Shown here: positions 9,188-19,300 of the stretch, in pieces
How positions within the stretch are numbered: position 1 is the first letter of the stretch
How the letters are laid out: each line of letters begins with the position of its first letter
Notes under the pieces: model-generated
Seen by the model: only the letters and a program-made list of their open reading frames with translations
Databases searched by the model: none
What the model was told of the DNA's origin: nothing
Position numbers and translations under genes: made by a program
Assembly (NCBI GenBank): GCA_964354495.1
Contig: CAYHAA010000009.1
Span: 60,001 to 92,000 of the forward strand
Source: an uncultured archaeon
GTDB lineage: Archaea; Asgardarchaeota; Thorarchaeia; Thorarchaeales; Thorarchaeaceae
Direction of reading: 5' to 3'
DNA: 32,000 bases

Positions 9188-10627
9188 TTACTTGGTCCTC
9201 TTTTTCGAAAGAAAAGCATGAATACCTCGTGCGGCACATTTGCCTTGGCCCATTGCGTTAATGACTGTAGCAGCCCCGGTCACAATGTCACCACCAGCAA
9301 AGACACCAGGGAGCGAAGTCATACCTGTTTCTTCATTGATGACGATAGTTCCCCATTTGGAGACCTCAAGTCCAAGCGTTGAGTTGGGGATAATTGGATT
9401 GGGCGAATTGCCAATCGCAACAATGACAGTATCAAGATCCATAACGAGCTCAGAATTCTTGATGGCTACAGGTCGCTTTCTACCGGACTCATCTGGTTCT
9501 CCGAGCTCCATGCGAATACATTGCATCCCGATGACGTTCCCAGACTCATCACCCAGGACTTCAGTGGGATTCACAAGGAATTGAAAACGAATACCCTCCT
9601 CCTCTGCGTGATGTACTTCTTCTGCTCTGGCGGGCAGTTCTTCGCGTGATCTTCTATAGACGATTGTTACCTCGCTAGCACCCAGCCTCAGGCTTGTCCT
9701 TGCTGCATCCATCGCTACATTTCCTCCACCAATGACTGCAACCCTCTTCCCTATCTTCACAGGTGTGTCATATTCAGGGAACTTGTAGGCTTTCATGAGA
9801 TTGACGCGTGTAAGGAACTCGTTCGCTGAGAAGACTGTGGTCAAGTTCATCCCCTTGATTGGCATGAAGTTGGGCGCGCCTGCGCCGCTTCCGATGAAGA
9901 CGGCCTCATAGCCATCCTCTTTCATTAGCTCATTGACAGTTCTTATTTTGCCAATCACATGATTATACTTGATTTCAACCCCGAGTCTCTCGAGGAAATC
10001 CACCTCTGCAGTGACAATTTCCTTGGGCAATCTGAACTCAGGAATTCCATAGATGAGGACTCCACCAGGTTTGTGGAATGCCTCAAAGATAGTGACATCA
10101 TAGCCCAGTTTTATGAGATCACCAGCACAGGTCAATCCTGCTGGTCCTGAACCGATGACTGCAACTCTCTTTCCGAGCTTTGCTGGCAACTTGGGGATGT
10201 CCTCACCCTTCGCCCGAGCATAGTCAGCAGCAAACCTCTCTAACCGCCCAATTGCAATAGGTTCGTTTCGGACACCGTAGATACAGGAAGCTTCACATTG
10301 CGTCTCCTGGGGACAGACACGACCACAGATTGCTGGGAGACTGTTTGTTTCCTTGATCTTAGCCGCTGCCTCTATGAACTTCTTCTCACGAACGAGATTT
10401 ATGAACTCCCGAATGGGGACTTCGACTGGGCAACCACTTATACACTTAGGATTTCGGCACTGCATGCACTTCTCAGCCTCTGCTAGTGCTTGCTCCATCG
10501 TATAACCAAGAGCGACCTCGTCAAAATTCCGCCTGCGCTTCGTTGGGGACTGCTCGGGCATCATGACTTTCTTAGTCGGTGGTTTTCGCTCCCTCTTGGC
10601 ATCTTTTGGCTCGTTCTTCTCGCTCAT
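9188..10627 (-). CDS. nfnB: NADH-dependent ferredoxin:NADP+ oxidoreductase large subunit (NfnB/SudA, GltD-like)
   Basis: CMQCRNPKCISGCP and CGRVCPQETQCEASC Fe-S motifs, GSGPAG and GGGNVAMD Rossmann motifs, FAGGDIVTG; GGAGGTGA SD; ATGA overlap with nfnA. Confidence 0.9.
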   Translation of the reverse strand: MSEKNEPKDAKRERKPPTKKVMMPEQSPTKRRRNFDEVALGYTMEQALAEAEKCMQCRNPKCISGCPVEVPIREFINLVREKKFIEAAAKIKETNSLPAICGRVCPQETQCEASCIYGVRNEPIAIGRLERFAADYARAKGEDIPKLPAKLGKRVAVIGSGPAGLTCAGDLIKLGYDVTIFEAFHKPGGVLIYGIPEFRLPKEIVTAEVDFLERLGVEIKYNHVIGKIRTVNELMKEDGYEAVFIGSGAGAPNFMPIKGMNLTTVFSANEFLTRVNLMKAYKFPEYDTPVKIGKRVAVIGGGNVAMDAARTSLRLGASEVTIVYRRSREELPARAEEVHHAEEEGIRFQFLVNPTEVLGDESGNVIGMQCIRMELGEPDESGRKRPVAIKNSELVMDLDTVIVAIGNSPNPIIPNSTLGLEVSKWGTIVINEETGMTSLPGVFAGGDIVTGAATVINAMGQGKCAARGIHAFLSKKRTK

Positions 10628-11469
10628 TGAGTTTCACCTCCATGCTGATCTGCCCATCTCTTGTCGGACTCTGCCTCATATGTGCGATAGGCATTGAGTC
10701 GACCCATGAGTTCCTGAAAATCCACCTTGTGCCCGTCAAACTCGGGACCATCGACGCATGCGAACTTCATCTGACCATCCACGCTCACGCGACACGCACC
10801 GCACATCCCGGTGCCATCAACCATAATGCTGTTCAGACTCACGAGAGTGGGTATCTTCTTGGCCTCGGTTGTCTTGCTCACGAATTTCATCATCGGGACA
10901 GGCCCAACAGCAAACACAAGGTCGATCTTTCGATCATTCTGAATGAGCTCTCCAAGAACGTTTGTAACAAATCCATGAACTCCACACGTGCCATCATCTG
11001 TGGTAACGTAGAACTCATCACTTATTTCGCGCATCTGTTTTCTATAGAGAAGCAGTTCCATAGTCCGCGCACCATTGATAGTAATCAGGTAGTTACCAGC
11101 TTCTTTGAATGCTCGAGCAACAGGATATACAATGGCGCTTCCACAGCCGCCTCCGATTGCAACAACAGTACCATACTTCTTGTCAGTAGCCGAGGGCTTC
11201 CCAAGGGGTCCGACAAAATCCTGAATATACTCTCCTCTCTTGAGACTTCCGAGAAGCTTCGTGCTCTTGCCAACTTCTTGGAATACGATCGTGATAAGAC
11301 CTCTCTCACGATTGAAGTCTGCGATTGTCAGAGGAATGCGTTCACCTGTCTCGTTCGCCCGAACCATCACAAACTGGCCTGGCTTGCACACCTTGGCAAT
11401 CTCAGGAGCGCGAACGACCAACATCTTTGTGACAGGATTAAGAACCTTCTTGGATACAATCTTGTACAT
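10624..11469 (-). CDS. nfnA: NADH-dependent ferredoxin:NADP+ oxidoreductase small subunit (NfnA/SudB, PyrK-like)
   Basis: PGQFVMV, ERIPLTIAD, GPLG, DGTGMCGACRV...CVDGPEF [2Fe-2S] motif. Start re-set to ATG 11469 (MYKIVSKK) with GAGGT SD; the ORF-track extension to 11607 overlaps the upstream gene. Confidence 0.9.
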   Translation of the reverse strand: MYKIVSKKVLNPVTKMLVVRAPEIAKVCKPGQFVMVRANETGERIPLTIADFNRERGLITIVFQEVGKSTKLLGSLKRGEYIQDFVGPLGKPSATDKKYGTVVAIGGGCGSAIVYPVARAFKEAGNYLITINGARTMELLLYRKQMREISDEFYVTTDDGTCGVHGFVTNVLGELIQNDRKIDLVFAVGPVPMMKFVSKTTEAKKIPTLVSLNSIMVDGTGMCGACRVSVDGQMKFACVDGPEFDGHKVDFQELMGRLNAYRTYEAESDKRWADQHGGETQ

Positions 11470-11569
11470 GATTGGATAACCTCGAGGAGCCCCTCGAAAC
11501 AAAGGCGGGGGCAAGTCGTCAGCGCTCCGGATGGTATGATAAGAGTTTGGGTAGCACGATTCCATGAAA

Positions 11570-13306
11570 CTACTCGCGATACGCTTTGCGTACTTCTTTG
11601 ACAACAAGGCCGGGCAGCTCTTTCACAGACCTGATAGGATAGACTGATGCACCAGCTCTCTCCAGGGCCTGATGAGTCTTGGAGGCTCGAGAGCTAGTTC
11701 CAGAGCCTATATGGAAAAGAAACAGCTTGTGGCCCCTCTTGGAAAGTGACTCAACAGCTCCCACCATCTGTTTCCAGTTCGACACCTCAGCATCGGTTAT
11801 GAGAAGAACAATGGATTCTTTCTCCGCGCTTCCGCACACTTCGCTTATCTTGCTTACAGGCGCAACAGTGCCTCCGCCTTGGTAGGCTAGTAGGACTCTT
11901 TCGACTGGAGCTCTCTCTCTTGTCCATTCGCATACTTGCACACCGTCAGAGAAGTTGATTGCAGCCACTCTGCAGCCTCGCCGAAATGCGAAGTCCATCG
12001 CAGCAAAAGCCGAAACAAGCGCAGTATGGTAGTCGCCAGAGATCGTGGTGGGACGCATTTCCCAAGTCATTGAAGCTGATGAGTCTATGACCATCAACAT
12101 GTCAAGAGTGGTCTTGGAGACTTTGGAGTCAGTTGTCACATAGAGTTGCCATTTTCTTGTTGAACGATTCGGAATGAGTACAGGGAATGCCTGAAGAGAC
12201 TGGACAATATCGAGCTCTTCCAAAGGGTCACCTAGCCTCCAGACCTCAGGCACCAATGGAACTGCCCCGGTCAATCTGGAGGAGTCTACTTCAAATCGAA
12301 TCGCTCCGTATGCTTTTGCACGGTACCAGAAACGAGTCCAGGCGGCCCTCTCCGATCCGACACCAGCTGTCAGGAAGACACCCTGCAAATCCTCAATGTT
12401 TCCGCCCAGCTGTTCGACATCAATAGCAAGCCGCTCCATCTCCTCCTCGAGGTTTGATGAATCGGCTCCCTCCAAGCACTTTCGTGCCAAGTCGCCGTTT
12501 CTGACCTCGACAGGACTTCCCATTATCCCGTCTACATCCAAGGGGACGGCAACGACTTTCCGCGAACCGTCCACTCCCTCTTGTTGAACTTCATTTGAAG
12601 CTCCTGAATAGGCACCAAGCAAGCTTTCGTCATCGGGCATCCACTTACATAGTATCTCTGCGACCTTTTCGCAAGAAGAAGGCCACCGATGCTCAAGTTC
12701 GACTGATGCGCGTGCAATGCGCACTATCTCAATCGCCGCCTCGAAAGTGCGCTGTTCTACATCGATCGTCGGAGGAATTGGAAACCCCCACATGACCCTA
12801 TAGCAAGAAACAATCAGTTTCCAGACGTCACTGTGCTCCTGAGTCCTCATCGCGGAATCATGAATGGAAGAAATGATGCGACTATGGGTGAGAGTCAGAA
12901 ATCTTCTCAACAGACTCGAGTCCACGACAAAGTCCGCAAAGAGATTACAGACAAACATAGCTGCGGCATCATTGACATGCTTCCGTGCAGCTGCAAACAT
13001 TCTCCCATTCATCACGCTGTCATACGGACACAGAAGATAGTGCTGAATCTCGTGGTGGCAGATGGACCTAAGAAAAGAATCGACCTCTTCGATACTCATG
13101 TGCAGAGGTACTCCAGCTAGATTAAGATGCACAGTCCAGCTGCTAGAGTCGATGTAGAAGAAACTGGAAACTCCAGGAATGTACTCAATCTCAGGCTCTG
13201 GAAGTGGAGGATGATAGAAGTCAGAAACAGCTAGAGCCCATGCTCTGGCCGCTGCAGAGCTGTACCCATTCTCGTCAGAAGACTTGCTAGCTGTCACATC
13301 CATCAT
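11570..13306 (-). CDS. HExxH putative metallopeptidase domain + C-terminal VWA (MIDAS) protein, MoxR partner
   Basis: CHHEIQHYLL (HEIQH at 13040-13054) followed by NLFADFVVD; MIDAS parts VIDSSAS, GGGT and ITDAE. Confidence 0.8.
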   Translation of the reverse strand: MMDVTASKSSDENGYSSAAARAWALAVSDFYHPPLPEPEIEYIPGVSSFFYIDSSSWTVHLNLAGVPLHMSIEEVDSFLRSICHHEIQHYLLCPYDSVMNGRMFAAARKHVNDAAAMFVCNLFADFVVDSSLLRRFLTLTHSRIISSIHDSAMRTQEHSDVWKLIVSCYRVMWGFPIPPTIDVEQRTFEAAIEIVRIARASVELEHRWPSSCEKVAEILCKWMPDDESLLGAYSGASNEVQQEGVDGSRKVVAVPLDVDGIMGSPVEVRNGDLARKCLEGADSSNLEEEMERLAIDVEQLGGNIEDLQGVFLTAGVGSERAAWTRFWYRAKAYGAIRFEVDSSRLTGAVPLVPEVWRLGDPLEELDIVQSLQAFPVLIPNRSTRKWQLYVTTDSKVSKTTLDMLMVIDSSASMTWEMRPTTISGDYHTALVSAFAAMDFAFRRGCRVAAINFSDGVQVCEWTRERAPVERVLLAYQGGGTVAPVSKISEVCGSAEKESIVLLITDAEVSNWKQMVGAVESLSKRGHKLFLFHIGSGTSSRASKTHQALERAGASVYPIRSVKELPGLVVKEVRKAYRE

Positions 13307-13315
13307 TATAGCATC

Positions 13316-15025
13316 CTAAGATTCGATATGTTTCTGAAGTTCATCCTTGAGTCTGACTGCCTCAGTCCCGCCAGATATCTCCAAGAAGACTGCAGACTCA
13401 GGAGAGTCGCCTGTGACGTAGATCACAAGGGTCAGACCATCTATTCTGAGAGCTTTTCTCTTTGGAGGAGTCAGCGTTTCCTTTAGCATTGGAGTGAGTT
13501 TTGGATACTTCAGTCCGATGGTTGTCCAGAGCTCTTGCCACTGCTCGAACGTCAACTCAAACTGGGTGAGTGTCAATCTGTGGAGCGCATCGGAAACTTG
13601 CTTCAAGAGCACGCTTCTATTTGGAAAGTCGGTATTGTACATGAGTTCATCATGTGTCTTCGTAAGCTGTTCAATATCTCGATCCTTAATCCCACGTTCT
13701 ATTCTCTGCACTGTGATCACATATCGGGGTTTCTTGAGCTCTTTGGCGAACTCTGAGTAATCGAGTTGTACAAGCAGATCGCTCTTGGCCATCTCCTTGA
13801 GTTGTTCGAATGACTCCTTTGACTCACTCCCATGCTTCAATCGCGCTATGATCTCAATGGCAGGAGCTCTCTGAGCATAACGAGAAGTCGCCAGCTCAAC
13901 AAGATGTTGAGTGAAGGCATAGAGGTCACCATAATAGGGAGACCGCTCGGACTCATCTCTCACAAACTTTGTTCTATGCCAGAAGACAAGCGGAGCCAAG
14001 GACTTGACAATCTCTATGCTCACTTCATGAGACCCAACAAGCCAAGCAGTGGCTTTTGAATAACGATTCAGGTCCTTTGCTGCCCGAACGCTGAGAGGCA
14101 CAATCACCTTGTTACAGACACTCTTTGCAGTATTGAAATGGCATCCATCACAGAGGCCAGTGGCGACAGTTATGCCCGATGACTGGCTCTTGTCTACTCT
14201 AATACATGCTCCGAACTCACGCACCAGAGACCGCATGTATTCGGAAGCCTCTGGTGACACAGGTATCTTGTCCGCGAGATTCCAAATTGTAAGGAGGTTC
14301 TCTTCTGTCAAGATCGCAGGTACTTGCCAGAGTTCATCAAAACCGAATAGGCGTTCATCACGAGAAGAAAGTATCAGTTCCAAGTCACTCACGGTTGGCA
14401 TGGTAATTGGAACTGCCAAGCCAAATCTGTCTAGAAATGGAGGCCCAATATCGAAGGTTCCAGCATCAGCAGGATTGAGCGTGGCATAGAGGCTGTACTC
14501 ATCGCATCTCTTGACCTCATCATAATACTTGACCTCGCCTTCAGCGAGAAGAGAGAGCAGTATGTTCTGAGAGTGAGGCGTTAAACGATTGACTTCATCG
14601 ATGATCTTCCAGAAACCTGTGATGAACGAGCGCCATACAACGACCTCTAATCCCTCTTTCATGAGAGGGCCAGGACGTAGTGTGGCCACCATCTTTTCTT
14701 CAGTGAGTTGAGGGTGACCTCTGAGAATACCATCCTCAATCTCCTCAAGGCTCTTTCCGGTCATCATCCGACCTAGGATCTTGACCAATGTCGTCTTTCC
14801 ACCACCGTGGCCACCAATGAGCAGCATTGCAGAACGGGGCACTAGCGCATTGAGGACACATGAACCTACTATCAAGGGGATTCGTGTGGTCTGTGTCTTG
14901 TCCTTCGCTCCAGTGGTGGTGTACTTAATCTCCAAATCCGTAGAGTGCACAAAGAGACCTCTGCTCTCTACTGTAGTAATAACGCTTCTAACCAGTTCTT
15001 GAAGTTTCGATGATGGAGAGCTCAT
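13316..15025 (-). CDS. MoxR-family AAA+ ATPase with long C-terminal extension
   Basis: Walker A GGHGGGKTT, Walker B IIDEVNR, QNILLSLLAEG, ATLNP, PFLDRF; 9 bp upstream of the VWA gene. Confidence 0.85.
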   Translation of the reverse strand: MSSPSSKLQELVRSVITTVESRGLFVHSTDLEIKYTTTGAKDKTQTTRIPLIVGSCVLNALVPRSAMLLIGGHGGGKTTLVKILGRMMTGKSLEEIEDGILRGHPQLTEEKMVATLRPGPLMKEGLEVVVWRSFITGFWKIIDEVNRLTPHSQNILLSLLAEGEVKYYDEVKRCDEYSLYATLNPADAGTFDIGPPFLDRFGLAVPITMPTVSDLELILSSRDERLFGFDELWQVPAILTEENLLTIWNLADKIPVSPEASEYMRSLVREFGACIRVDKSQSSGITVATGLCDGCHFNTAKSVCNKVIVPLSVRAAKDLNRYSKATAWLVGSHEVSIEIVKSLAPLVFWHRTKFVRDESERSPYYGDLYAFTQHLVELATSRYAQRAPAIEIIARLKHGSESKESFEQLKEMAKSDLLVQLDYSEFAKELKKPRYVITVQRIERGIKDRDIEQLTKTHDELMYNTDFPNRSVLLKQVSDALHRLTLTQFELTFEQWQELWTTIGLKYPKLTPMLKETLTPPKRKALRIDGLTLVIYVTGDSPESAVFLEISGGTEAVRLKDELQKHIES

Positions 15026-15254
15026 AGCATCACAAGCTACGGTACACTGAGTGTATAGTGCTTATGAACATCGCCAACGGGGCGCGAATTGAAAAGCTGC
15101 AATAGCTCTGTCAGCAGGAAGAACCCCTCGGACCGTCATTATTAGCCGGATTCTGAAACGGTCATTATTTGTGAAAGGCGCCCAAATGTACCTCCTCCGA
15201 AGACGTAATATGGGTTCATGAGAAAACCATGGGACCAAAAAGCGGGGTTGCAGA

Positions 15255-16325
15255 TTGGGCGAAGAAAGAACGTATGCAGAAGCAATCACTCTGATAGAAC
15301 CAGAGAAACAACCTACAGAACGGTTGAGTCAATACTCAGTGGTAACCAGAGCGATGGAATATCACACGCTGATGAATCGCTATGGTGATCTGAAGAGGGA
15401 CCTGGTTGATGCAGGATTGCGATTTGGCGGCCGAGTTCTTCTGATCGGATCCCCGGGAACAGATTTCGAAGCTTTTGCGCATTACCTGAGTCGGGAAGTG
15501 CCACTCAAACTAGTGCGATTCAGGATGGACATTTTACTGAATGAGGTCAAAAGTGGAGCTGAGATACTGAGAGTCGGATTCGAGTTCGCAAGGAGGAATT
15601 CTCCGACTGCCATGTATGTGGAGAAATTGGAGTCTGTTTCGCCGGCCAGCAGCGAACGCTCAGCAGTCCTTCAGGATGAGCTGAGCCGAACAGGATGGGA
15701 TGGGGAAGAAGTCTTGGTCATCGCATCCACGACAAGGCCGCAGGATGTTGACACTGATGTCCTTTCTACATTCGATAGGGTCTTTGTCATAGAGGGAACA
15801 ACACTTGAAGATCGAGTACGAGTGTTTGAGCAGACATTGAAAGGCCACGAGAATATCGACCCAACCGTGGTAGCGGAGTTGACTGATGGCTGGGGGTACT
15901 CCAGCACGAAACAACTTGCTGTGAGCCTTTTCATGACCGAGACCGAAGAAGGTGGTCAGATTCCCAGAAACAAGATCGAGGAGATGATAGAGAAGAGTGG
16001 CGTCATGCCGCTCAACAACCCCAGATACCTTGAATCAGTCATACGGCGCACTGGAGGAGCAACGAAACACAAGATAGAGAGTCTGCGTACTGAGTATCCT
16101 GATGACTTCCTAGATCAGCTCTACCTCATGGCGGCGGGAGAAGACTATTCAGCAACTCAGAGAGCCATAGAGGTCTTGAATGATGGAATGCCGTTGTCCA
16201 AGGAGGACCGCGAGGTACTCTCCAGATACCCGTTCCTTCTGAATGGAACGCCAGAAGACAGACTGACAAGGCTACTGAGAGCAAAGAAGAGCAATGACAG
16301 ACTTCAGAGGATCATGGGACGTTAA
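15255..16325 (+). CDS. Degenerate classic-clade AAA+ domain protein (predicted pseudo-ATPase)
   Basis: VLLIGSPGTDFE (Walker A position), AMYVEKLE (Walker B position), VIASTTRPQDVD...FDR (SRH position), AELTDGW (lid). TTG start with GGGGT upstream; start uncertain. Confidence 0.7.
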   Translation: MGEERTYAEAITLIEPEKQPTERLSQYSVVTRAMEYHTLMNRYGDLKRDLVDAGLRFGGRVLLIGSPGTDFEAFAHYLSREVPLKLVRFRMDILLNEVKSGAEILRVGFEFARRNSPTAMYVEKLESVSPASSERSAVLQDELSRTGWDGEEVLVIASTTRPQDVDTDVLSTFDRVFVIEGTTLEDRVRVFEQTLKGHENIDPTVVAELTDGWGYSSTKQLAVSLFMTETEEGGQIPRNKIEEMIEKSGVMPLNNPRYLESVIRRTGGATKHKIESLRTEYPDDFLDQLYLMAAGEDYSATQRAIEVLNDGMPLSKEDREVLSRYPFLLNGTPEDRLTRLLRAKKSNDRLQRIMGR

Positions 16326-16340
16326 TCAGGGGACCGGGAT

Positions 16341-19300
16341 TTGGGTAATATCAGAGCCTACATTGAATCGGCAAAGTTGGACAACTTCCTCTCATTCTAC
16401 TCAGGAAGAGTCGTCTTCGACAGAGGACTGACTGTCCTAGCTGGGCCAAATGGATCAGGCAAGACATCCGTCTTCCATGCTCTGAAGTTCGCATTGGGCT
16501 CAAATCAACGAGAGAATAGATACAGTAAATGGAGCGATTTCATCAGACATGGTGCAAGTACTGCACAAGTCGAAGTCATTGTCAAGATTGATGGTCAAGA
16601 CAGGAAGTTCCAACGGAAGATTGACCGTGATGGTATCCCTAGAGCATACGTAAATGGTCGAAGAGTCAAGGCCGCTGAGCTTAGGCAGATAGTTCAGTCA
16701 TTCGGACTGGATACGGACAATCCTCTAGTCTTCATCCCTCAGGAGAGAATCAACGCAGTACGAGATATGGATCCGTACGAAGTGAGAAAGCTAGTTGAAG
16801 AGGGAACTGGTCTTGATGTCCTTCGAGACAGGATAATCCTTCAAGAGACTGAGGTCGTTCAGAGTCGACAACGACTGACAGCAGCTCTTGCAGAATCGAA
16901 GTCAGTAGAGAGAGAGCTTGAACTGCTTCAACATGACCTCACCCGTCTTGAAAAGAAGAGGGCCCTCCAAGAACAGGAGAAGGCTCTCGAAAAAGACCTG
17001 TTGTGGGCATCTCTCGATGACTTGACTGAGAAGATCGATTCTATCAAGACGGAGATTGACGGGAAGGAGGAAGGTCTCGTATCGATACTTGACGAACAGA
17101 CACTTGTTCAATCAGAGGTCGCTAGCAATGAACAAGAGACTGAAAGCGTTGAAGCAAAGCTCTCGAATCTGCAGATTGAAACCGGCCGCATCGATGCCAA
17201 GATCGAAGAAGAGGAACGTAATCTGGCGCGTATCGAGGGAGATTCTCAGAGACAGGTAAGTGAACTCAAGCAACTTGAGAAGGAAATCAAAACAGAAACG
17301 AGAAACAAGGAAAAACTCCAAGAAGATATCGAACGCATTACATCCACCAAAGAAGACACCATGGAGAAGCAGCGTCAACTCCGTACGTCACTTCAAACCA
17401 TAGAGGATGAACGAAATCACCTCAGAGATGAATTGGAGGCCTTTGCTGACTGGAACACCAAGAGAGCAGAATCCCATGGAAGATACAAAGCCCTTCAAGC
17501 GGAGATTGAAGGGAAAGACCTACTCCTGCGAAGCGTGAGAGAGAGACTGCAAGTAGAGGAAGCAGAGCTTCAGTCGATAGAGAGCAAGTGGTCACATACA
17601 TGGTCTGCAATGGAAAAATCCGATGAGAAGGAGCTGGCAAAGAAGAAAGGCCAGCTAGAGAGAGAGATTGCTTCTCTGAATGAAGAACGATTCCGGCAGA
17701 GCAGTATAGTATCCCAACTCCAGAAGGATATTGATGAGCTCAATGTGCGACTCTCCGAAACATCCAAACGTATTCCTGATACAGTCAAGAAACTGAAGGA
17801 TGCAATTGCAGAGCACAAATTGGCGACCGTCACAGGCCCGCTTATCGAGCTCTTCACCGCGGATGACTCCATAGCCTGTGCAGTTGAGGCTGTGCTGCCT
17901 GATAATATGACACTAGCCTTCATAGTCACTGATGAATCAGACTTTCAGATACTTCAGAAGCTCAGAGACAATGCTGAGGCGCCATCCCCACTGATTCTGC
18001 TGAAGCCTTCAGGAGATCCGGGTGAACGCCCAGCACTGAAGACCGAAGCTGGTGTAGAAGGATGGCTCTGGGATAGGCTCAACATCGACGATGAAACCAA
18101 GAAGCTTCTGCGAAGAGCTATCGGAGACTTCGTGCTCACAAAGAATGTTCGATCTGCAACGCGTCTTGCAACAAAGGAGGGACTCAGGGGGGTCTCCGTG
18201 GACGGGCATGTCATTATTCCAGAGGCTGACAAGATTGTAAGCAATCCAAAGATTCTGCCATCAGGAATGGTCTCTACTGCTCCCCTCCAGTCGCGTCTCT
18301 CCAGTGCAGACAAAGAATTGTTTCTAGCCAAAAAGCGAGTCACCGACACCATGATGGCCTTGGATGAACTCACAAATCAAAGAGAGGAAGTACTGGATCT
18401 GCTGAGTCAGATGACCCGATGGAGTGGAACCTGGGAGCGACGAAGAAGCCTGCTTGAAACTATCCCTGTACAGGAAGAGAGAATTGCCGCGCTCGATGAA
18501 GAACTGAAGGGGCTTCAAGCAGAGCTGGGTAAATCAGAGAGGGAACTCAGAAAACTCGACAACACCCAGCCTCCTGAACGAAGTAGACTGATTGGGCAAG
18601 ACTCAGCTCTTCGTATTAAGCACCGACAACTCCAGGCAGACCTCACAAGAGTGGACGCTCGAGCGAACGCAGCTGAACGGGATGAAGAGATCAAGCGTCA
18701 GGAGCTGAAGAGGATTGTTGAGAATGTCACCATGCTGACAAACAGCCTCGACGAGTTGCGTGCGGAGATCCTAGAATCAAAGGGTGTTGCCTCAAAAATC
18801 CTTCAGAAGATAGAAGTTCTGAGGGCAAGCCAAGAAGAGGCCAGGAACCAGAATGGCGGGCTTGCTGAGGAAATGGGACGACTCAAGGAGACCAATCGCT
18901 CTCTAAGGGCCAGAATTGTGGAACTCAACCTTGTCATCAAGGAACAAAAGATACAGGTCCTTCAGGCCAAGCGACAATTAACGAACATGGAGTATGATCT
19001 CGAGAACCTCGAGCGGGACCTTGATGGACAAGAGAGACCAGATGTAGTGAAACCCCTAGAACAGGTAAGGAATGAACTTGTGAAGCTTCGCCACGTCCTG
19101 GATGATTATCAAGATGTATCCGAGAGTGTGGCGCACACTGAAACTCAACTGAAGGGACGGCTGACTACCCTCGTTGAGAGAGTGACAGAGCTGCAAGAGG
19201 AATTGGAAGAAGCGGAGTCTACTGTCAAGGATATACGAGAGCAGTATCATAATGGAATGAATGAGACCTTGCGCAATGTTGAGAAGAATGTGAATGAAGT

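Noticed and set aside
9188-10627. Glutamate synthase call for the GltD-like protein
   Set aside because: No GltB large subunit nearby and it is translationally coupled to a PyrK/SudB-like gene, which is the NfnAB/SudAB arrangement.
10579-11601. 340-aa + strand ORF
   Set aside because: Antisense shadow of nfnA, which has clear motifs; no recognisable domain. The same applies to the other antisense ORFs in the track (e.g. 3195-3776, 7462-7962, 29905-30477).
11470-11607. 46-aa N-terminal extension of nfnA in the ORF track
   Set aside because: Overlaps the VWA gene 3' end; an SD-preceded ATG at 11469 gives the typical SudB N-terminus.
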